The notes beneath the pieces are model-generated. The model searched no databases and was not told the DNA's origin. It saw nothing but the letters and a program-made list of their open reading frames with translations. Shown piece after piece: positions 8,075 through 16,691 of a DNA stretch of 20,000 nt (positions within the stretch are counted from its first letter, which is position 1; every line of letters begins with the position of its first letter). The stretch is from Perkinsus olseni (Eukaryota). Made by a program: the position numbers and the translations under genes. Where the stretch lies: positions 51,017 through 71,016 of the forward strand of contig JABANN010000107.1 of the NCBI GenBank assembly GCA_013115125.1, given 5' to 3'.

Positions 8075-11000
8075 ATGACTGCCTGTGAGAGTGATGCAGA
8101 ACAAGAGGACTGGCGAGAGTTTCAGAGAGCGACTTCACCCAGCGAACACTGTGCGGCACCTGACGCGGGCTTGCTGCCCGGACGTGCAGCTGTCCGTAGG
8201 TGCGGGCTCTAAGGAAGACGGGCTAGGTGGCGGTGAAGAAATGGAAGCGATCGCACAGAGGCAGCATGCTACCACTCGGGATAGCGCTGTGCAGGAAATA
8301 CAAGCCGGGAGGGGTGACTGTGTGGTCCCAGAGCGCACCAAGAATGGCCAAGTGGGGCCCACTGCGGCCCAGGGTTCAGCTCCGGGAAAGAGCCGGAGCA
8401 CTCACGACCTACCCCGGCTCGAGGAACTGATAGAAAAAGCAGTAAACAGGCGATCGGGCATGAAGGTGGTGTAATTGTCATTCCGGCTGCTCAGATGGAA
8501 GACGCCGGGCCGAGTCCAACCCATGAGACCACATCCACTCCGATCTCAGAGTCTAGCAGATCACCCTCTGTCGTGTCCGAGGACTTTCACGAGATACGGG
8601 TACGAGAAATCTCCTTCGCGGTGCTAGCGTTGGCTCCAGGCTTGCGCGCCCGTCCTCACGGACTACGACCTGGAGGACCAAGAAGCCAGCAAGATGCGGA
8701 TCTTCGTCCACTCGGAGTACCGCCGTCTCAGTTATCACACCGAGCCTGCACCTTCAGAGCTCAGGCACGGTCGGCACGCAGTTGGCTGGTTCACTGATAT
8801 CTCCTCCCCAGCGGACATACGGGAGTGTATATTCGCCGCGGTGGACAGCATCGTCGATGATGGCGCGAAGGTGTTCAAATTACGCTCCCGGAAGTCGGGT
8901 AAACTACTCTTGTGAGAGTCAGGGCGTTCCGCTCCGCTAAGGTACGATCATCGGCCTGGACTCGGACGAAGATCTCCCCAAACTCACCAAAGGCGAACAC
9001 TACGACCTGCTGGTCGGCGACCGCCTGGCCAGCCTTGGTCATGACAATGATGATGCAGCAAGTGTGGGGACGGGCTTCTGCCGCGGCACTCAACTGTGTA
9101 TGCTGCAGATGACTCGAGATGGCGGAGGTTGAGGGTATCAATCGACCCCATGAAGCATATGGAGACCACCAAGGCCTTGGAGAGGTGGCCATGGTCCCAC
9201 TCATGACTGCCAGGGGTTCGACCATCTGGAATCACTGTCTAGGCGCCTCTATTCGAGTTCGTGATGCTCAATAGCCGAGCCTGCTCCTGTCTCGGCACTC
9301 TTTCATCAGTGCATCAGGATGTGCCGCGGCACCAACCTTCTAAAACACACGGACCATGGCCACCCACACTTGCGGCAATTCCAGCTCTCGACTGACCACC
9401 AAAGGCTGCTGTGGTGAGCTCGTCCTGACTGGTCCACCTTTCGCGCAACTGATTATTATTGATGAGGGTGTTGTGGTTCTCTTGCTGTTGCCCTGTTCAT
9501 CGAATGCCGCACACGCTGCAATGCGTAGATGTGGACTCAACCCATCTCCCCATGCGGCAACTTCTCCCCGGCTAGAGCCTATCTGCAGGTACTCAGCAGG
9601 TCAAGACCGCAAGGAGTCCATAATGTCTCTTGCTGACGTGTGTGAGCTCAGGCTCGGACAGCAAACCCCCACTTTCCTCAAGTGAACCGTCCAAACCTCC
9701 CATCACAGTCGAGCGACTTGTTGGCTAGGTATCGGCTGCCTATGCTCCAGCATCTCTCCTTCTCACTCATCTACAAGCCTAGCGGCAGCGAGAAGGTCAC
9801 AGCACTGGACCTCACTTGCAAGGACGAATTCGAGTTAGGATTCGGGGAGCACTCGCTCTCACCGGGGTGATATCGTCAGGTACGACATCTGGCTGACTGG
9901 CCTCAAGGCCCTCCTCTGCGCCCAGCGGAATAGTAGGCGTTGCCTCTAGGCTTAGCCAGGGCAAGCCAGCGGCTAGGCACAATATCGAAGGAACAGCTCT
10001 TGGCACACTCGAGGAGGTTCAGGGACGCCTTGGAGAAGCAAAAAGTTCGAGTGAAGGTGTGCCCCATTCTATCGTCCTGCTTGATCACGACTTTTCAACT
10101 CGTAGTTGCTTGAGATGGATGAAGTGAAGGAGCGTGGCACAGTTGGTCTCTATGACTGTGTGAAAGTGTCAGAAAGTGAGGAGGCCGATATGGTATAATC
10201 AGCTCGAGTGTATTGCAGGTGCTTCTCCCAAGCAGCTCCGTGCTAAGCTCGAACGTTTACGAGATCGTCTTAAACACGTCAGGGCCGCACTCAATCGAGT
10301 CTTGGAGAACCGAGGTCCTTCGGAATACCTCGAAGTGCAGCTTTCCGCTACATCATCCTTAGGAGACGAAGAAGCTGTGCGTGACCAGGATGGGTCGGCC
10401 CCACTCACCGGCGTGGAATGGACGATTTCCTCGGCCGCAGAACCGGCGTACGAACGTGTTAAATCTTCTTCACTCCGGTGATTGACACCACTGCTTCAGC
10501 TACTCATCACTCCTGTCGGACGTGACTGATGTTGAGGATGAGGAAATGGAGGCCTCGCGTGCGGTTGAGCTCACCGACGGTGTACTCTTATCCTCATTTG
10601 CTCGTGGCGCCCGAGTACCCAAGCCTCAGGTATCTTATATACTGGATCGAGTCAGCTCCGACCTGCTTACCTTGGAAGGTGAGTCATTCAGGCGACCACT
10701 CGCTGTTTGTGATCATCCTTAACCTGCTCCGCAAGACGACTGAGCGGACTTAGGTCGAGGCACACAACCGGCAGGCGACAGGGGAACTCGACTCCGAGGG
10801 CTAGACCAGTCACTTTGGAAAGCCGAGGTCGACATCGAAAATGTCGAGGACATGTAGCTAAGCGATGCTCATTGCAATGCGGGTCGCGCTGAGCAACGCG
10901 AAGCAGGCTGGTGCCATCTCTTCTCAGGCGCCAACGTCTCCTCGAGGCCCGGGATAGGGATTCCGGTAGGGCAATAGGTCTGTTGCAGAGTCTTTGTCGG

Positions 11001-11233
11001 GAACACCGGTCACAGGTGCACTGTTCGGCGTACTGCCAGCTCCCCTGGTCGCGGATATGCGCTCTTCCCTGGACGTTATCGGTAACCAAGCAGAAGAGAC
11101 TTTATTCAGCGGTGTAGAAGCCTTGAAGGAGTGAGTACTGCTTCTGAGTCATATCCTTATCGCAGCTCGAGCATTCAGGTTGTTTGGGAAGGGAAAGCTG
11201 GAGGAGAGAGTACAGCTGCCGCCCGGTCCATGA
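8075..11233 (+). CDS. PH-domain protein (plant PRAF/PLC-like PH) with a disordered N-terminus and a coiled-coil C-terminal half; about 20 exons
   Basis: PH exons 9318-9413, 9589-9681, 9729-9833 and 9880-9932 splice to MCRGTNLLKHTDHGHPHLRQFQLSTDHQRLLWYSAGQDRKESIMSLADVCELRLGQQTPTFLKYRLPMLQHLSFSLIYKPSGSEKVTALDLTCKDEFEYDIWLTGLKALL. This fits the G..LLK / F.LS.D...L.W / GQ.T..F / SFSLIY / LDL.CKD..E...W..GLKAL pattern. Downstream exons encode KQLRAKLERLRDRLKHVRAALNRVLE and DQSLWKAEVDIENVED. The outer boundaries (ATG 8075, TGA 11231-11233) are less certain. Confidence 0.8.
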
Positions 11234-11889
11234 CGAGCAATCAGTTTATCGTTCAAATCCGGCTCGTGTTGGCAAGTTGTGCTTCTTCGGTGGAGGAATC
11301 CGCTTGCGATAGTTAGCCGTATAGGAACACGCAAGATACCAAACTACATCCAGGCCACGCCACCTGCCGTCTGTCTCTCGCCGAGCGCATAGTTGCTGTA
11401 GTGGTCGAAGTTGCTGCTTCGTACAGTGCTAGTAGCATGCTAGTAGCACGCTAGAGCCTATGTATTGCTAGAGTTCGAAACGTCCGTGAGAGGGTGCTGG
11501 ATTGCACGGCAATAGCAGCAAGTAGGATGTCAACACTCTACCGAAAGCAGAAGTGCGCTTGCTGATTGTGTACCACGGAAGGTCTCATCCGAGTGATTGA
11601 AAAATTGTTGATCGACCGCTGTCGAAGGACGCAAGCAACGGCTTATGACCAGTCACAGGAAGACTAAGCTCGAATCCCGGGACCCGTCGTAACTAAACTC
11701 GGAGTCATCGAGGCTTGAAAATCAAACCATTCGGCTAAGATAAGCCAGAAAACAAATGCTCCAATAATGAAGGAAAGTCACCCCCTGTTAAGCGGGAGAG
11801 AGTCCAGTCAGGACTAGGCAACCCACAGGCGAGCTGAAGAATGGCCTTGAAGGTTTCAGACGGAAACAACTGGACTCCAACAGTCCGAC

Positions 11890-14073
11890 TCATGGCATTG
11901 AGGGAAACGTTGGCCTCCTGGACATCGATATTTCCAACTTGGCGGGCCCATAGGTCAACCTAGCTTTGACTTCAACCTCGGATATATCAGAACTGTGCTT
12001 TATGTCTGAGGAGATTACATCGTGGGTGGAGCCAAGTGGATTGAATAAAGAGACTCAAATTATTCAGCGTAAATCACGCCTAACTGCCGTAGGTCTGAAG
12101 CGATCTATTTGTAGGCCCGTATGCCGAACAGTATGTCAGCAAGCAAGAAGGCACTTCTTAGAGCCGAACGTTGGTTCTGATGTGCACGAAAGAAGTGCGT
12201 TAGGAAAGCTGTGCTCGTGGCACCATGCGACTCCGTCTTCTGAATTTAATCTCGATGATGGTTCGTCATCCGAGATCGGGGCACAATGTTCAAGTCGCGA
12301 GGGCATCCCCGTCTACGACCCTCAAAGGACGCACCTGAACGAGCTGCCGCCCTCAGCGTTGCTGCGCATCTGTTTTCCTGTGAGGGTAACTATCCAAGTC
12401 CCCTCTGGCACTTCATGCCCTCGAACTGACACGTTGGCTGTGGTTTCGTTTACGAGCAGCGGAACCGGTGATTTAAGCTGACGTGAGTGTGTTAAGAGGG
12501 GGCGCACGAAGTGGAGAGCAGCTTACGCGTAGGGTTTCCAGAATACAGCTCTCCACGAAGGGGAGTTGGTCAAGATCGTCGTTGGTCTCCGGATCGTGGC
12601 CGAGAATGTCCACTTCTTCCCGAGCTCTCGCTTGTGCATCAGGATAGAGACAGAGGTAGTAGAGGCACCAGGAGAGAGCGGCAGATGTGGTCTCACTGCC
12701 AGCGAAGAACAGCCTGAACAACAATAAGATCAGTCGCTCGAACATCGTAGGAACGGTCAGCTCACGTCACAATATTCCCCTCGAAGTCGTGCTTGTCCAA
12801 TTGCAGGAGCCCGCTGAGTAGATCCGATCTTTCACGTCCTTCCCATTCTGCCCTCCTCTGCACGGCGAGATCATCCGCGAACTTGTTCAGTCGATCGATA
12901 CTTGCATAGAACTGGGCGGAGAAGAACGACACTGCCTGTCATCCTCGACACGCAATTCACCTTCTTTATTATCGGGTTCAGATTCCAGGGGAAACGGTTT
13001 CGTGTGATAGAGGGAAGAATCGCACTGAAATCCAGTATATAAATTGATCCTTCCACGAAGTGGAAAATGGACTGAGCGATCTCCCGGGAACCGGGGGGAA
13101 CCGTGATGCCTGAGAGAGACGAACTCCCGACTGCCAGTTGGAGGGCGCTGTTACAGACGACCATCAACTTGAGACGCGATTCTCACCGTCGGGGTTGAGG
13201 AAATAGAAATCCATTCCAAAGGTAGTGAGGCATAAGACGTCGAGCGAGCATAGCATAAGCCAGTTGGTCGGCTCCCAAACAACCCGACCGTCACAATCTA
13301 GAGTCCGTAATTGTCGTACCTAGAGAGCCCCAGTAGGGACTACCCCATTGTAGCAGCGAGTAACTGATGACCTACCAGTCTTTTGGCGACGACTGCCATT
13401 GCGGGAACCATCTCTGCCGAGTTATGTTCGTTTAACGCCGGAGCTGCCAGCCTCCTGTTGCGCTTCCACTCCTCTCCCTCCGCAGTCAGCATGCCAGGAA
13501 TTGGCAGCAGCTTGTCCTTGTTGAATGCCCTTATAAAATTATGTGGACGCTCCTTAAGAACTCCTTTGATCGTCTCATAATTCGTCAAAACGACCGATTC
13601 TTGACCCATGATTCTGAAAAGCATTCTCAACAATCAGCCTGATTGAACCAAATGACAGAATATCGACGCGTCGCCCCGCAGAGTTACTTAATCGCGAAGG
13701 TATCGCCATAAGTATCGGCCAAGATCTCCAAGCCATAGAGAAAGTGCTCAGAGGACCTCGGGACGAATCCGAAATAAGGAATGGGCTGAGGGAAGTCGTC
13801 AAATGAATAGATTGGTCCGTAGGAAGCGAGCATGACAGTGGTCAGTCGACATTGACCACTCCTAGCGGGAGGTGAAGCCACGCTCACCCCGGGAGTTCCT
13901 CCGAGTCTGTCACACAGTGATGGTCGCTGTCTACGCCGCTTAGTGGCTCGGTAGAGGTAGACGGCGGCCACCACTGCCATCCCCGAGGCCATGAAACGGG
14001 GGAAGTGGCGGGAGCGCACCAATGATCGGATCTCGTTGACGAGGCCTGGAAGGACTTCGGCGAGTCGAATCAT
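11890..14073 (-). pseudogene. Cytochrome P450 paralogue 1 lacking the heme-binding segment (probable pseudogene)
   Basis: N-terminal anchor, PGPIPYFG hinge, C-helix WKRNRR, I-helix AGSETT and K-helix ETLR are present in exons collinear with paralogue 2. The last exon jumps from the acceptor at 12006 straight to the ...IKHSSDISEVEVKARL sequence. PQRW and FGSGPRRCPG are missing, and the spliced frame stops at 11989-11987. Confidence 0.8.
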
Positions 14074-14408
14074 TATTGGAGAATGAGCGCTCCAACCTTC
14101 CAGGCTGAGCTTTGGGTCCGGACTCTGTAGGATAAAGACGAGAAACACATCTCGGTGAGACATATCGCTCGCCCGACTAGTACACCCTGCTAGCCCTCGA
14201 GGGAGGGCGGTCAACTGTTTGCACCATAACTTAGTACAGTGTGTCTATTTGACACGGGCCCCAAAGAGAGGTGAGACCGGACTCGAGAGGAGCTCTGAAA
14301 AAGCTGATCCCCTCTAGGATCCAGAGTGAACGTACGCTCAATAGCATGACGAGTGTCGCGTTCGTTGACCTAGGCGCCTAGTTATTCGCTTCCCCACTCA
14401 CTCTAACC

Positions 14409-14606
14409 TTTACTCTTCCCCGTAGATGTCACGGGGGGGAGTCCCCCCCGGGGGACATTTTGCGCATGCGTGTGTGCATGCGTCTGGAGACACGCTCTCT
14501 TACTCTCCACTCTGCTTTCTGGGGTTTTCTACTTCTCTCTCCCCCGTTTTTTACTTTCCCCCGTAGGGGACACGGGGAGACACTGCGCATGCGTGTGTGT
14601 ATGCGT
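14409..14606. repeat. Imperfect direct repeat pair (14409-14483 and 14550-14606) upstream of P450 paralogue 1
   Basis: Both units read tttact..ccccgtag....cacgggg... and end in tgcgcatgcgtgtgtg(c/t)atgcgt. The 23-mers at 14461-14483 and 14584-14606 differ at one base. Confidence 0.75.
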
Positions 14607-15829
14607 TTTTAGATCGATATCTTCGATCCCGCTATTACGGCTCATCACTCGTAATCATACTGAACTGGGGATGTTTGTTTTCGTATGGGAAATGTTGTTA
14701 TTCAGTACGATTGTCACGCTTTCTAATGCTTGAGGCTAATGCCTCTATGGCTAGCCTACAATCATCAGTAGTTCCGGACTTGAGTTCTAGTGGTCCGAGT
14801 GACCTGGCTACACGAGGAACGCACGTGTGCACTGGAACGAACGTATGCACCACGATCAAAGGCACGGGCAATCTCAAAGAGAGCTATCTCAACGTAACTC
14901 TCCTCAACGAGTTGAATGATAAAGCACTTAGGCGTAGCAGTTGACAGTGGACAATTTCACAAGGGCTCATAAGCAGCGAAAACCGCGAGGTAACTCACAG
15001 TTTTCTCGCACGTCATTCTTATATCTTTCGGCGACTTTGGTCGGAAGGGTAAGGCAAGGTTCTAAAAGGCTCCTTACAGTAGGAGAGCAATGAACCGCAT
15101 TACCCCGCAATGCCTCATTGAATGAAGCGCTCTTCGAATAAGGGTATTACACAAAAGATTTTTTTGTAAGCCTCCTTACGGGCCTTATCTAACGTACTCT
15201 TGAGTTACTTAAGTACTTCTTCAAGAAGTCTTCTTGGGTTGCGTAATAAAACTAATAACACAACTCGGGATTAATCCCAACAATAATAGTACAAACAATG
15301 CCAATACCAACGATGATGTAGTAGTGGGAGTAGATACCGAAGATCTTGTACGATCCTAAGTTTTTAATAACAATTTTTACGTGACCTTAATCATACTAAC
15401 TTATGAGAATGATATCGAATCTACTATCGTGAAGACGCTAGTAGATTCTATAAGCTCAAGTAATGCGCACACGCCCAACTACCATCAGAGAAAAGAGACA
15501 ATAGTTCGCGCAACAGTACCGTAGGTGATCCTCGGAGGGATCTTATGGGGATTCCTGCTCTCATCTTTACTTATCTTGCCGGACCTCCATTCCGCTCGAG
15601 CCTGACCCGCATGGACATTCGCGGAGCACCTTCACTTCTCGCTCGCCAAAACCCCTCGAGCATTTCTGACTTTGAAGCACTAGCTCCCTGCACCACAATA
15701 CCAAGTGATAGGCGTGACGTCATGCTATATTGAGAAATGATATTTTCAGCCAACGCAGTGTCGTGACGATGCTTGGTTCCCTGGTAGCCATGCTGTATGC
15801 GTGGGGCCTTGCACGCAAAACTACCTGGC

Positions 15830-15924
15830 CTTGTTGGCATTGCCAACAAGCTGCCAACTTGGCAGCTTGTTTCGGAGTTGCCCCGAGAATGGCGCGGAAA
15901 CAATGTTTCCGCACCATCCTCGGG
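15830..15924. repeat. Cluster of three inverted repeats
   Basis: cttgttggca-t-tgccaacaag (15830-15850); aacaagctgccaa-c-ttggcagcttgtt (15845-15871); cccgagaatggcgcggaaaca-a-tgtttccgcaccatcctcggg (15882-15924, 19 of 21 paired). Confidence 0.9.
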
Positions 15925-16691
15925 CTTGCTCGAGAGGCACGACCACTCGAGTGCTTCACATCGGCAAACGTCCAACTAAGCCGGGATCGGCATTGGACTA
16001 TAAACTCACACACGACTCCAGTACGATGGGCCCAACTTCAAGATGATGCTATTCTCCAGCCGAAGGCACATGACGTAGAGTGAAGTCGATGGATCCACGC
16101 AGAGCACGCCTTCTAGCTTTCACATTTGGTCGTCTCCATTTCGGGGACGAAAGGCAGGGAAATGGTCGACTTCAAATAGACGAACGCGTCGTCCTGACCG
16201 TTCACGAACAGATGATAGACAAACATGAAATTCACTCAATGAATCGCAGAACAATGTTCTGAGAACATGATTGAGGGTGTAGTCCGCGAGGTTTTGCGCC
16301 GCTAGGAGCCGGCTCATGCTTTGCACGGCAGATTCATGCCAAACGCCTGAGAGTGTTGAAGTCTCACATGGCCCGTCGGAACTGAACTCAAGCTCATCTA
16401 GGATTTAATGAGACTTAGCATCAGAACATATGATTGTCGACGACAACAGAAGCAACTTGCTTCAAGCAAGAAAAGCCTCAACTGCTATAGTAACTGTAGC
16501 AGTTGAACTATAGAATAGTGCTAAGCCAAGCCTTGCGAAAGAATGGAAAACCCTGTTTATGTCTTAACTCTAAGCAAAACGCTATTCGTAGTGAGTCGGG
16601 GTTAACTTGAGGATTGCTCTAACTTGAAGCCTTTATCTTGCCGATTGGCCTCGGGTCATCCAGCCCTCAACGACAGTGGTGCTACAGAAGA

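Noticed and set aside
11966-12481. 171-aa plus-strand ORF
   Set aside because: Antisense to P450 paralogue 1 exons and intron; a shadow ORF.
15571-16083. Overlapping ORFs on both strands with CxxC motifs (CWHC/CWQC)
   Set aside because: The mirror-image peptides are explained by DNA palindromes; there is no independent coding evidence.
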